A DNA stretch of 64,000 bases from Candidatus Lloydbacteria bacterium RIFCSPHIGHO2_02_FULL_50_18 (GCA_001821395.1 MHLM01000012.1:84107-148106); one strand, 5' to 3'; shown: positions 10,851 to 20,528, numbered from the stretch's first letter. Numbers and translations: made by a program. Notes: generated by a model not told the origin, from the letters alone.

Positions 10851-11438
10851 ATGACCATTATGCACGAAGAAGGAATAGTCCTTGGGTTTGATCTCGACGG
10901 GGTCATCATCGACCACACGCAAAATAAAATGCTGATCGCTTCGCGCTACGGTATTGAATTAAGTCCAAAAGATACTCACGCCGAGCACATGGGTACGCAT
11001 TTTACTCCTGAACTCTATCGCGTGATCAAATCCCAGCTTTATGATTCAACTGCGCTCGCGCTCGAGGCTCCTTTGATGGCGGGAGCTTTCGCGACATTGG
11101 CAAAACTCCGCGAACAAGGGATCCCATATTTCCTCGTTTCGCTTCAGAAGAATCCCATGCATGCTGCGCATTTGCTCGAAGAGCGGGGTTTGTGGGGTAC
11201 GTACTTCACTCCCGAGAATACGTTATTCGCACGGAATGCTGATGAAAAGCATGCACTCGCGGCGCAGATCGGTGTCACCCACTTCATTGATGATGAACCA
11301 AATATCCTCGACGTGATGATCTCGATCCCGAACCGTATATTATTTGATGCGCGCGGACTGTTTCCCGAAAAAACTGACTATTGCCATGTAGAGAGCTGGA
11401 GTGAGCTTGCTGAAACACTGGGAATGGCGAATCGTTAG
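10851..11438 (+). CDS. HAD-superfamily hydrolase, tandem paralog of 10183..10776
   Basis: LGFDLDGVIIDH. Collinear similarity to the upstream gene across its full length. Confidence 0.6.
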   Translation: MTIMHEEGIVLGFDLDGVIIDHTQNKMLIASRYGIELSPKDTHAEHMGTHFTPELYRVIKSQLYDSTALALEAPLMAGAFATLAKLREQGIPYFLVSLQKNPMHAAHLLEERGLWGTYFTPENTLFARNADEKHALAAQIGVTHFIDDEPNILDVMISIPNRILFDARGLFPEKTDYCHVESWSELAETLGMANR

Positions 11439-11548
11439 CCTCGTACCAGTATCTCAGGTTCATTTTTGCGCTTTGTGGATTTTATGTTATGTTTTTTCAT
11501 ACGCTGTGAATACCGCGCGTAAGTTCTTTTGAATAAAGGAGTTCGAGT

Positions 11549-11860
11549 ATGACTGAGGCATTGCCTTCTTGTCGGGACATGCTGTGTGACGCGTTTGTCC
11601 GTGAATTTGATGAATTGCCGACAGATTCGATCTGGCTGGTAAGCAAGATAGGTTCCGAATTCGCGCTGTCCTCCGCGACGTCGATCGCTTTTAAGGAGTG
11701 GCTTCGACAACATCAGGGATTTTTCAGTAAATTTCCCCGCAGATATTGTGACTGGAAACGGAGCGATGTGCTGCGGTCGTCAAAGATCATCTCCGCTTAC
11801 CGATCGACTTTTTACGTATACATCCTGCCCGATGAGCTAAAGACTTTTCCGGAGTCATGA
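11549..11860 (+). CDS. hypothetical protein (103 aa)
   Basis: AAGGAG RBS 8 nt before the ATG. A terminator follows. Confidence 0.5.
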   Translation: MTEALPSCRDMLCDAFVREFDELPTDSIWLVSKIGSEFALSSATSIAFKEWLRQHQGFFSKFPRRYCDWKRSDVLRSSKIISAYRSTFYVYILPDELKTFPES

Positions 11861-11890
11861 GCATTCCCCGTACCTTTTTGTGTTTCAACA

Positions 11891-11913
11891 CCGAGCATTG
11901 CTCGGTTTTTTAT
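11891..11913 (+). terminator. rho-independent terminator
   Basis: ccgagc-att-gctcgg plus TTTTTT. This invalidates the ORF-track start at 11880. Confidence 0.55.
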
Positions 11914-11924
11914 TTTCACACACG

Positions 11925-12446
11925 ATGACGTACAATAGCACTATGGATATCATTTCACATGGTCTCTATGGCGGTGTGCTTGTCGGCAGAAGGAGCCGTA
12001 AAAGTTTTTGGACTTCGTGTTTTTTTGGTATCGCTCCGGATTTGTTCTCTTTTGGCATTTTTACCGCGAGTATTTGGCTGCAGCTTGCTTCCGGTCCGGA
12101 CTGGTCTTCGGATCACCCTGACGTTTCGCAGATACCCGATTATGTGAATTTGCTCTATGGTATTACCCATAGCCTTGTTATTTTTGCGCTCGTATTCCTC
12201 ATTGTTTGGTTTATAAAAAAGAAACCCGTCTGGGAAATGCTGGCGTGGGGTTTTCACGTTGTACTGGACATTTTCACCCACAATCTCCATTTTTTCCCGA
12301 CACCATTCCTCTGGCCAATATCAGGGTACTATTTTAATGGACATAGCTGGGGTACGTTGGAGGTATTCATCCCGAATCTTACCGTACTTGCCATTCTTTA
12401 TGGCTGGTGGTGGTTTCAAAAAAGGAAGAAACGGGCTACCTCTTAG
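11925..12446 (+). CDS. integral membrane protein (possible membrane-bound metal-dependent hydrolase type)
   Basis: Four or five hydrophobic helices with conserved His residues (ISHGLYGG, HSLVIF, HVVLDIFTHNLH). Start at the ATG at 11925 or 11943. Confidence 0.4.
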   Translation: MTYNSTMDIISHGLYGGVLVGRRSRKSFWTSCFFGIAPDLFSFGIFTASIWLQLASGPDWSSDHPDVSQIPDYVNLLYGITHSLVIFALVFLIVWFIKKKPVWEMLAWGFHVVLDIFTHNLHFFPTPFLWPISGYYFNGHSWGTLEVFIPNLTVLAILYGWWWFQKRKKRATS

Positions 12447-12548
12447 CATATCGCGGGACGGCGCCTCACTTTTCATGCGCAGTTCTCTCTCGATATGAAC
12501 TTCGGATAATTGGGTGCCCCATCATTTAATATCCGCTTAACGTACAAA

Positions 12549-12569
12549 TGTGGAAAAAGCTGTGGATAA
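12549..12569. promoter_or_regulatory. DnaA-box-like 9-mers (TGTGGAAAA, TGTGGATAA) upstream of tuf
   Basis: Perfect reverse-complement DnaA box TGTGGATAA at 12561-12569. Confidence 0.3.
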
Positions 12570-12829
12570 GCAGTGAATAAGGCGGATCGCTAAGAGAGAT
12601 TGACTCTCAGCCCACATCTGGTATCCTGTGCAGACGTTGCTTCATGTGAGTTTTTAGGTTTGAGCCATTCAGTCGAAAGTATGGCTTAAAACAAGGAGGA
12701 AAACGAGCAGTGCACGTGGAATAAAGTTATACGACCATCTCGTATAACCTCTTGTTTTTACAGTATTGGTCATTTCGGTATTATCCGATGTTTCCAACGC
12801 TGAATTATTTAACTAATCAAAAAAGCTTT

Positions 12830-14020
12830 ATGGCAGATTTTGATCGTTCGAAACCGCATGTGAACGTCGGTACCATTGGTCACGTTGACCACGGAAAAAC
12901 CACACTCACCGCTGCGATATTACACGTGCTGCACATGGGTGGATTCGAAGTGAAGATGAAGGGAGTCAACGAGATCGACTCTGCTCCTGAGGAGCGCGAG
13001 CGCGGTATCACCATCGCCCTTTCGCACAATGAGTACTCGACTGCAACTCGCCACTACGCACATATCGATGCGCCGGGCCATGCAGACTATATTAAGAACA
13101 TGATCACCGGTGCCGCTCAGATGGACGGTGCGATCATCGTGGTTGCGGCAACCGACGGCGTTATGCCTCAGACCCGCGAGCATGTCCTTCTTGCAAAGCA
13201 GGTTGGTGTGCCAAAGATCATCGTCTTCTTGAATAAAGTAGACATGGTTGATGACCAGGACTTGGTTGAGCTCGTTGAGGAAGAGGTTCGTGAATTGCTC
13301 ACCAAGCAGGGATTTGACGGTGCAAACTGCCCCGTTATCCGTGGTTCAGCATTGAAGGCTCTTGAGTCAAAGACCATTGATGATCCTTGGGCTGTGAAGA
13401 TCCTTGATCTTGCAAAGGCACTCGATGAGTACATCCCGGTTCCCGTTCGTGAACTCGACAAGCCATTCCTTATGCCCGTTGAAGACGTCTTTTCTATCGA
13501 AGGACGTGGCACGGTCGTTACCGGCCGTATCGAGCGCGGTGTTTGTAAGGTTGGGCAGGAGGTCGAGATCGTTGGTCTCGCAAAGACCGCAAAGTCGACC
13601 ATCACCGGTATCGAAATGTTCAACAAGTCCCTCTCAGAAGGACAGGCTGGAGACAACGCCGGCATCCTTATTCGCGGCATCAAGAAAGAAGATGTTACCC
13701 GCGGACAGGTTTTGGCCGCAACCGGTACTGTTACCCCACACACTGACTTTGAGTCAGAAGTCTATATCCTTTCCAAGGAGGAGGGTGGACGACACACACC
13801 GTTCTTCTCAGGCTATAAGCCACAATTCTATATCCGTACTACTGACGTGACCGGAGAGGTGACGCTCGCAGAGGGTGTCGAAATGGTCATGCCGGGAGAC
13901 ACGGTGACCTTCAAGGTGAAGCTCATCGCGCCTGTCGCGCTTGAGGCACAAATGCACTTTGCTATCCGCGAGGGTGGCAGGACCGTCGGTGCTGGTGTTA
14001 TTACCAAGATCGTTGCATAA
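12830..14020 (+). CDS. tuf: elongation factor Tu
   Basis: [38 protein letters not shown] and NKVDMVDD motifs. Confidence 0.95.
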   Translation: MADFDRSKPHVNVGTIGHVDHGKTTLTAAILHVLHMGGFEVKMKGVNEIDSAPEERERGITIALSHNEYSTATRHYAHIDAPGHADYIKNMITGAAQMDGAIIVVAATDGVMPQTREHVLLAKQVGVPKIIVFLNKVDMVDDQDLVELVEEEVRELLTKQGFDGANCPVIRGSALKALESKTIDDPWAVKILDLAKALDEYIPVPVRELDKPFLMPVEDVFSIEGRGTVVTGRIERGVCKVGQEVEIVGLAKTAKSTITGIEMFNKSLSEGQAGDNAGILIRGIKKEDVTRGQVLAATGTVTPHTDFESEVYILSKEEGGRHTPFFSGYKPQFYIRTTDVTGEVTLAEGVEMVMPGDTVTFKVKLIAPVALEAQMHFAIREGGRTVGAGVITKIVA

Positions 14021-14058
14021 GGCACCATCACCCCATTGTTACTCAACCATAGAATGTC

Positions 14059-14421
14059 ATGACTACAGGAACGGAACACACAAAGAAAGCCGCAAGTGCA
14101 AAGACGAAAGAGGTAGTCTCGAAGCTGCGCATCCGCGTACGCGCATATGAGTACAAGATCCTCGACGCATCGGTGCGTCAGATCATGGATACGGCATTGC
14201 GCTATGATGCAAAGCTTGTCGGGCCGATCCCTCTTCCGACTCAGATCACGAAGTACACGGTCAATCGTTCAGCGTTCATCTATAAGGATGCTCGTGAGCA
14301 GTTCGAGATGCGCGTCCACAAGCGCTTGATCGACATCATGAACCCGACACCAAAGGTGATCGAGGCGCTGACTAACCTTACACTTCCTTCAGGCGTCAAT
14401 ATCGACGTGAAGATGATGTAA
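14059..14421 (+). CDS. rpsJ: 30S ribosomal protein S10 (with N-terminal extension)
   Basis: IRVRAYEYKILDASVRQIMDTA...GPIPLPT match the S10 core. Confidence 0.9.
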   Translation: MTTGTEHTKKAASAKTKEVVSKLRIRVRAYEYKILDASVRQIMDTALRYDAKLVGPIPLPTQITKYTVNRSAFIYKDAREQFEMRVHKRLIDIMNPTPKVIEALTNLTLPSGVNIDVKMM

Positions 14422-14424
14422 TTT

Positions 14425-14523
14425 GAGCGCGAGACTTTGTTATCTTCGCTATAAACCCCGCTCACCGTATATGAATACGGCTCGGGTGGTTCGCAGCTCG
14501 ATGCCTCGTCTCGCATCTCAAAT
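14425..14523 (+). repeat. conserved structured intergenic element, copy A (after rpsJ)
   Basis: About 75% identical to 17334-17424 over about 100 nt (AACCCCGCTC...CTCGGG...GCCTCG...GCATC). The internal hairpin shows compensatory substitutions. Confidence 0.45.
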
Positions 14524-14680
14524 TTCAACATCTTCTTCAGGGTGCTGAACATTTTCTCTGCAAATTTGATCGAATGTCTTACCGTTTTCCGGAAGGAAAG
14601 CGGGGGCTTCGGTTATTACGGAGCAAAGTACTATTCTTTCTTTCGTTTATTCCCATGACATTCCTACTTAAATTACGGAC

Positions 14681-15304
14681 ATGAAATTCCTATTAGCAAC
14701 AAAACAAGAGATGACGCAATACTTCTCGGAAGACGGGAAGTGTATCGCTGCGACGCTTCTTTCCGCGGGCCCAATCACGGTGACCGAGGTGCGTACGAAA
14801 GAGCGCGACGGCTACGAAGCCGTTCAGTTCGGTTTTGGGACGCAGCTTCCAAAACGCGTCAACAAGCCACAGCTCGGCGCCCTCAAGGAGCTCGGTGTAT
14901 TCCGCTTCATGCGTGAATTCCGCCCTAAAACGGGTGGCACTGAGTCATTGAAAGCAGGCGACAAGATCACCGTTGAAGCATTTACTCCCGGAGACGACAT
15001 CGAGGTTTCGGGTATCTCAAAGGGTAAAGGTTTCCAGGGTGTCGTGAAGCGCCACGGTTTCCATGGCGGACCTCGTTCACACGGTCAGAAGCATTCTGAG
15101 CGTGAGCCGGGATCCATCGGTGCGACCGGACCTCAGCGCGTGGTACCGGGTACCCGCATGGCAGGCCGTATGGGCTCGGATCGTGTGACCATCAAGGGTC
15201 TCAAGGTTCTTGCCATTGATCCGACAAACAATCTTCTTCTCGTGTCGGGAGCGATCCCGGGTCGTCGCGGGACATTGATCGAAATTAAGGCAGCTCTTTC
15301 ATAG
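14681..15304 (+). CDS. rplC: 50S ribosomal protein L3
   Basis: Full-length L3-like sequence (KGKGFQGVVKRHGFHGGPRSHGQ). Confidence 0.93.
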   Translation: MKFLLATKQEMTQYFSEDGKCIAATLLSAGPITVTEVRTKERDGYEAVQFGFGTQLPKRVNKPQLGALKELGVFRFMREFRPKTGGTESLKAGDKITVEAFTPGDDIEVSGISKGKGFQGVVKRHGFHGGPRSHGQKHSEREPGSIGATGPQRVVPGTRMAGRMGSDRVTIKGLKVLAIDPTNNLLLVSGAIPGRRGTLIEIKAALS

Positions 15305-15308
15305 GCTT

Positions 15309-16022
15309 ATGACAACAGAAACAACGACAAAGAAAGTTATTGCAAAGAAGGCCATTGATCTCGATGCAACTGTCTACACAATGGACGGAAAGAAGTCGGG
15401 AAACATCAAGCTTCCTGAAACAGTATTCGCAGAAAAATGGAACGCAGACCTCGTACATCAGGTCGTTATCGGTATGCAGGCAAATGCCCGTCAGCCGATT
15501 GCGCACACGAAGGATCGTTCCGAAGTTCGCGGTGGAGGCAAGAAGCCATGGGCCCAGAAGGGTACCGGTCGTGCCCGTCACGGTTCGTCTCGCTCACCGA
15601 TCTGGCGCCACGGTGGTGTCACTCATGGTCCGCGTAATGACCGCGATTTTTCACAGAAGATCAACAAGAAGATGCGCGTAAAGGCATTGTTCGTCGTACT
15701 CTCAAAGAAATTTGCAGACGGACAGCTCCTCTTCATGCATGATCTTTCAATGAAAGAGCCAAAGACGAAAGACGCTCGCGCAATGCTTACGACGTGGGGC
15801 ACTATCGACGGTTTTACACCGCTTGCAACGCGCCGAAAGAACGCACTCTATGTGGTGCTCTCAAAGGCGGATGCATCGGTAAAGAAATCATTCCAGAACA
15901 TGGGCAATGTATTAGTCGGAACAATGGGAACCGTGAATCCGGTCGACCTTCTCTCGTACCGCTATGTCCTCTTTGCAAATCCCGAAGAGTGCATGAAGAT
16001 AATGGAGGCTAAACTGAAATAA
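15309..16022 (+). CDS. rplD: 50S ribosomal protein L4
   Basis: GGGKKPWAQKGTGRARHGS matches the L4 signature. Confidence 0.93.
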   Translation: MTTETTTKKVIAKKAIDLDATVYTMDGKKSGNIKLPETVFAEKWNADLVHQVVIGMQANARQPIAHTKDRSEVRGGGKKPWAQKGTGRARHGSSRSPIWRHGGVTHGPRNDRDFSQKINKKMRVKALFVVLSKKFADGQLLFMHDLSMKEPKTKDARAMLTTWGTIDGFTPLATRRKNALYVVLSKADASVKKSFQNMGNVLVGTMGTVNPVDLLSYRYVLFANPEECMKIMEAKLK

Positions 16023-16023
16023 T

Positions 16024-16470
16024 ATGGCAACACTCTTCAATAAAAAGTCTCCCGTCAAAAAGACGGTAGCAACAACCGATGTTGCAAAGGCGAAAGCCGC
16101 AAAAGTGGAGAAGGCAGACAAGAAGGACGAGGTCGCAGCACTCAAGGTCAAGGAGGCCGGAAGTGTGCGCGCAAAGAAGGGGGGACTCGAGCTCAACATG
16201 ATACTCGTTCGTCCGCATATCACCGAGAAAGCAACCGATCTATCCGAGCACAACGTCTACGCATTTGAGATCGCACGTATGGCGAACAAGGCGCAGGTCC
16301 GTCAGGCGATCGAGAAGTTCTACAAAGTGAAACCCGTCAAGATCGCGATCATCATGGGTATCGCAAAGTACATGAAGAATCCTCGTACCGGTCGAATGCA
16401 GACAAAAAAGATTGCAATTAAAAAGGCGCTCGTCTACTTGAAAAAAGGAGACAAGATTGAGTTTGTATAA
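16024..16470 (+). CDS. rplW: 50S ribosomal protein L23 (K/A-rich N-terminal extension)
   Basis: L23 core ILVRPHITEKAT...YAFEIARMANKAQVRQAIEKFY. Confidence 0.9.
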   Translation: MATLFNKKSPVKKTVATTDVAKAKAAKVEKADKKDEVAALKVKEAGSVRAKKGGLELNMILVRPHITEKATDLSEHNVYAFEIARMANKAQVRQAIEKFYKVKPVKIAIIMGIAKYMKNPRTGRMQTKKIAIKKALVYLKKGDKIEFV

Positions 16471-16481
16471 ATCTTATCAAC

Positions 16482-17327
16482 ATGAAAACATTCAAACCAT
16501 TAACGCCTAGTCTGCGTAACACCGTCCTCACTCCCTATAAGGAGCTCCTCTCCGGCGATTCGAAAGCAATCCCGAAGAGTCTTACGAAAGGAAAGCGAAA
16601 GACCGGTGGCCGCAATAACCAGGGTCGCATCACCATGCGGCACATTGGCGGAGGCAACAAGAACCTGAAGCGCGATGTCGACTTCAAATACAAGAAGCGT
16701 GACGTCTTGGGTCGCGTCGAAGCGGTCCAGTACGATCCCTTGCGCACCGCATTCATCGCCCTCGTTGTCTACAAGGACGGAGAGCGCGTGTATGTCGTCG
16801 CACCGAAGGGGATGAAGAAGGGAGACACGATGATCACGAGTGAGAAGGCCGCCCCTACGGTAGGGAACCGACTTCCGCTCAAGAAGATCGCCGTCGGTAC
16901 CTTCGTGTACAACGTTGAGGTCCAGCCCGATGGAGGAGCAAAGCTTGCTCGCTCTGCCGGAAACTTCATCGAAGTCATCGCCAACGATATGGGCTACGCA
17001 TTCTTGAAGATGCCGTCATCCGAGGTCCGCAAGGTCCCCGAGAATTGTTGGGCATCGATCGGAGGAGCTTCGAACGATCAGCACAAGCTCCGCAAGGAGG
17101 GAAAGGCCGGTCGTAACCGCTGGAAGGGTATCCGACCACACGTGCGCGGTTCAGCCATGAACGCCGTCGACCATCCTCATGGAGGTGGAGAAGGCCGCAT
17201 GGGTCGCGGTATGCGACGCCAGAAGTCACGCACCGGTAAGTTCATCGGCAAGGGACAGAAGACCAGATCGCCGAAGAAGTATTCGAACGTGTTCATTGTC
17301 TCTCGCCGAAAGGTGGGCAAGAAGTAA
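16482..17327 (+). CDS. rplB: 50S ribosomal protein L2
   Basis: GGGNKNLKR...RSAGN...HPHGGGEGR are L2 motifs. Confidence 0.95.
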   Translation: MKTFKPLTPSLRNTVLTPYKELLSGDSKAIPKSLTKGKRKTGGRNNQGRITMRHIGGGNKNLKRDVDFKYKKRDVLGRVEAVQYDPLRTAFIALVVYKDGERVYVVAPKGMKKGDTMITSEKAAPTVGNRLPLKKIAVGTFVYNVEVQPDGGAKLARSAGNFIEVIANDMGYAFLKMPSSEVRKVPENCWASIGGASNDQHKLRKEGKAGRNRWKGIRPHVRGSAMNAVDHPHGGGEGRMGRGMRRQKSRTGKFIGKGQKTRSPKKYSNVFIVSRRKVGKK

Positions 17328-17333
17328 AAATTT

Positions 17334-17424
17334 TCGCGCATTGCTTTGTTGTCATCGTCGCGAACCCCGCTCGTCATATACGAATATGCCTCGGGAGGTA
17401 TCGCAACTCGACGCCTCGCACTGC
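17334..17424 (+). repeat. conserved structured intergenic element, copy B (after rplB)
   Basis: See copy A. It sits directly after the rplB stop. Confidence 0.45.
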
Positions 17425-17462
17425 ATCGAAAATATTTACTTCTTTCTAAGATTGAAGGAAAA

Positions 17463-17492
17463 CAAAACCGCTTACTAAGCGGTTTTGTTGTA
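17463..17492 (+). terminator. rho-independent terminator
   Basis: aaccgctta-ct-aagcggtt plus TTTGTTG. Confidence 0.6.
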
Positions 17493-17567
17493 TACAAGCA
17501 CTTATGTGTCAAAAGTTTTTATACATAAGAAAATTGACATTCTTATGTATGAGGATATAATACTTCA

Positions 17568-18654
17568 ATGAGTAAAAAACCAGCTATTGTCGAACCCCTC
17601 AAATTAGATGGCTTAGGGCTAGACTACAACAGGTTTGCAGAAGAACTTTCAACCGCCGAATATGCGCTCGGGTTAATTGAGGGTATGCAAAAAAACTACT
17701 AAACCCAAATCTTTTGATTAGTCCCCTAACCGCCAAGGAAGCAGCTGCGAGTTCTAAGATAGAAGGAACACAAAGTGATGTGTCCGATGTATTTATGTTT
17801 GAGGCGGGTGGGGAAACTAAACATGCAGATACACGTGAGGTTGTGAATTACCGTCGAGCAATGCGTTTGGCCATGACGGAGATTAAAAAAGGAAGAGAGG
17901 TAAGCAGTCATCTGGTAGAGACCCTTCACGGAGTATTATTGAAAGATGTCCGTCATATTGGCAATCTTGGAAAATATAGAGAAGGACAAGTTTGGATTGC
18001 CGAACGATCTGGTGATCCAATTGAGAAAGCGATATACGTCCCACCCGAGGCAATACACGTGCGCGGGTTGGCTCAGAATTTGATTGAATACATAAACGTG
18101 GGGAAGGAGAATGCATTGATTAAGGCAGGCGTTGCACACTATCAGTTTGAGGCAACTCATCCATTTGATGATGGGAATGGGAGAATTGGGAGACTCCTTA
18201 TTCCAATTGTGTTACACAGACATCAGAGATTGTCATCACCAATTCTTTATCTTAGCGGCTACTTTGATGATCATCGAGATGAATATATCGCGAGGCTCCA
18301 TGCATTGGATGATGGTGCTGATATGGAAGATTGGTTAAAATTTTTTTACATTCGGTTAGCCAGCAGCTCGGTCAAACACAAAAAATAATTGAAGGAATTT
18401 ATGAACTCTATGACCAGCTTAGACTTGAAAATAGGGGGATAAAATCACCATTCGTTATTCCCCTCATTGATATGATGTTTGAGATGCCAATTTTTACGTT
18501 GGCCATGGTGCAAGAATCAACTAAATGCTCGAGCTATATAACTGCATCGACACTAATTAAGAGAATGATTGATGCGGGTCATGTTGAAAATGTAGGAAAG
18601 GTTGGAAGGGAAAAGCTTTATGAATTCCGCTCGCTTGTAAAAGTATTAAAATAA
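17568..18654 (+). pseudogene. Fic/Doc-family protein interrupted by two -1 frameshifts at homopolymers
   Basis: HPFDDGNGRIGRLL is the Fic motif. The N-terminus (frame of 17568) stops at 17700. The middle is ORF 17714..18388 and the C-terminus is ORF 18331..18654. Frame switches occur at A7 (17689-17695) and T7 (18341-18347). Confidence 0.7.
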
Positions 18655-18782
18655 TCAATGAATCTGTCCTGGTAAGGAAATTAATCACAATTGATTTCAC
18701 AAAATTTTTACTTCCTTTACTTCCCACTGAAACCCATGTAGTTTGACGGGGGATTGATACGTACTTTAACAGGAGAAATCCG

Positions 18783-19440
18783 ATGAGTATTGGTGAAAAT
18801 GTTTTTGAGCGTACGGGTCCTTCGACCATGTCGGCGCGCGGTTTCTACGGCGCACTGGGATTGATCGTCGCGTTTGGGCTCTGGTTATCAAGTCTCGTGG
18901 CGGCAGAGTTCACTGCATGGCAGCCGTCACTCATGGTGATACTGCTTGTCGGGCTCGGCATCCCGATCATCGGCATTGTGATCGCTGCGAAGTCTGAGAC
19001 TCCAGCGATCTCATTCCTCGGCTACCTCATGGTGGCGGTGCCATTCGGGATGCTCCTGGGGCCAACGCTCAATCAGTATTCGCCCGAGGTCGTGCAAAAG
19101 GCGATGTTCTACACCGCGGCGACCACGCTCGTCATGGGTGCGGCGGGCGTGCTCTATCCGAATTTCTTTGCGCGGATCGGCGGCGCACTCTTCATGGCTC
19201 ATGGCACTCATCGGGCTTGTCGTTGTGCGCGTCATCGGCATCTTTATTCCCGCATTGGGCAACATGTCGGCCATCGACTATATTTCTGCGGGTATCTTCT
19301 CGCTTTACATCGGCTACGATATGTACCGTGCAAGTGCAATGCCGCACACGCTCGACAATGCCGTTGACGCCGCATTGTCCCTGTATCTCGACATCATCAA
19401 TTTGTTCCTCAGTTTGCTCCGGATATTCGGCAAGAATTGA
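18783..19440 (+). pseudogene. Bax-inhibitor-1/YccA-family membrane protein disrupted by a 7-bp tandem duplication
   Basis: The C-terminal frame encodes LYLDIINLFLSLLRIF, the BI-1 signature. tcatggc is tandemly duplicated at 19192-19198 and 19199-19205. Removing one copy restores a single 218-aa ORF. Confidence 0.65.
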
Positions 19441-19592
19441 TCGTTTCGTTTTAAACTCGGCATACGCCGGGTTTTTTGTTGCATGTATTTGTCACGATGG
19501 TTGATCTCAGCCTCGCGAGCTGGTGGTGTTGCGTCTCACAGCCACTTGTGTTTGTATGGTCACAGCGTTCATTTGATCACAAAGGAGAATTC

Positions 19593-20093
19593 ATGTTGCT
19601 CGACAAATTGGTTCCCGTTCTCGGTACGCCCATTCGCATTGGTGTACTTATGGAAAGCAGTGGCGATGGAACAAAAATACCATTTTTCCTCATCGATTTT
19701 GGTAAAGAGTATCCATCGATCGAACCGTTGATCGCCAGAAATGGCACAATGACGCTCGACATCGTACCGGATGGTGACCACTGTACTTTCCACGTCACTG
19801 GAGATCGGATGGTCAGCGAGCTCACTCCCGAGCTTTTGAATCGCGCGCTCGCCGCACCGCCTGAGACGAGGAACCAAGTATTGTTCGGGCAGGGAAGGCC
19901 CGAATTCGCTTCAAGTGTTACGCTTTCAGGCGAATCATGCGAGCAATTCATCGAAGCATTCACTGCAGGCGGCGGGTTCTGGCTTCTCGTCACGCTCAGT
20001 CAGTCCGGAACTCGATCCGTGATCGCTCCAGACGGTGAGATCATTCGTACTGAGTCGTGTTCGCGCTTGGAACTTGAGTATCTCTTGGGTTAA
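19593..20093 (+). CDS. hypothetical protein (166 aa)
   Basis: AAGGAG RBS at 19581. A strong terminator follows. Confidence 0.45.
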   Translation: MLLDKLVPVLGTPIRIGVLMESSGDGTKIPFFLIDFGKEYPSIEPLIARNGTMTLDIVPDGDHCTFHVTGDRMVSELTPELLNRALAAPPETRNQVLFGQGRPEFASSVTLSGESCEQFIEAFTAGGGFWLLVTLSQSGTRSVIAPDGEIIRTESCSRLELEYLLG

Positions 20094-20114
20094 GGTTTGC
20101 CGTGCAACACCCCG

Positions 20115-20150
20115 ACGTGTCGGGGTGTTTTTGTTTTTTCGGTAAATAAA
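20115..20150 (+). terminator. rho-independent terminator
   Basis: acaccccgac-gtgt-cggggtgt plus TTTTTGTTTTTT. Confidence 0.6.
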
Positions 20151-20168
20151 AACTCCGCAGATGCGGAG

Positions 20169-20528
20169 TCAGTCGGGCTTGAAAAGTTTTGCAAGAAGTT
20201 CTTGCGGGAGAATGTTCGGATCGAGCGGCAATGCATCCAATTCGTCAGCCGACCCTATCGTCTCTCGCGACTCAGCGATCTCGAGTGTGCGGACGAGGAG
20301 CAATATCAATGCAGTGATATATTGCCGGAATTCATCAGCGGTCTGCGTAGCTACCTCTTCGTGTGCACTTTTTGCACGCTCCCCGATCAGTTCAATGAGT
20401 CCTCCAAGAGAGGGATTAATTTCTTTTAATCGCAGTACGTGAGTCGTAATGTGTGCAATGAGGGCCGGCCGTAATTGTGGAAGTTCACGGCTTGCCGCCA
20501 AAACATCCAAGGGCATGACATGTTTCAT
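20169..20528 (-). CDS. hypothetical protein (119 aa), predicted all-alpha
   Basis: ORF is followed on the minus strand by the ctccgc/gcggag hairpin plus a T-run (20156-20178). No confident family. Confidence 0.4.
   Translation of the reverse strand: MKHVMPLDVLAASRELPQLRPALIAHITTHVLRLKEINPSLGGLIELIGERAKSAHEEVATQTADEFRQYITALILLLVRTLEIAESRETIGSADELDALPLDPNILPQELLAKLFKPD

Noticed and set aside
12500-12750. Possible tRNA genes upstream of tuf, as in many bacteria
   Set aside because: No cloverleaf-compatible sequence and no GTTCRAnYC T-loop. I found only a hairpin terminator and DnaA-box-like 9-mers.
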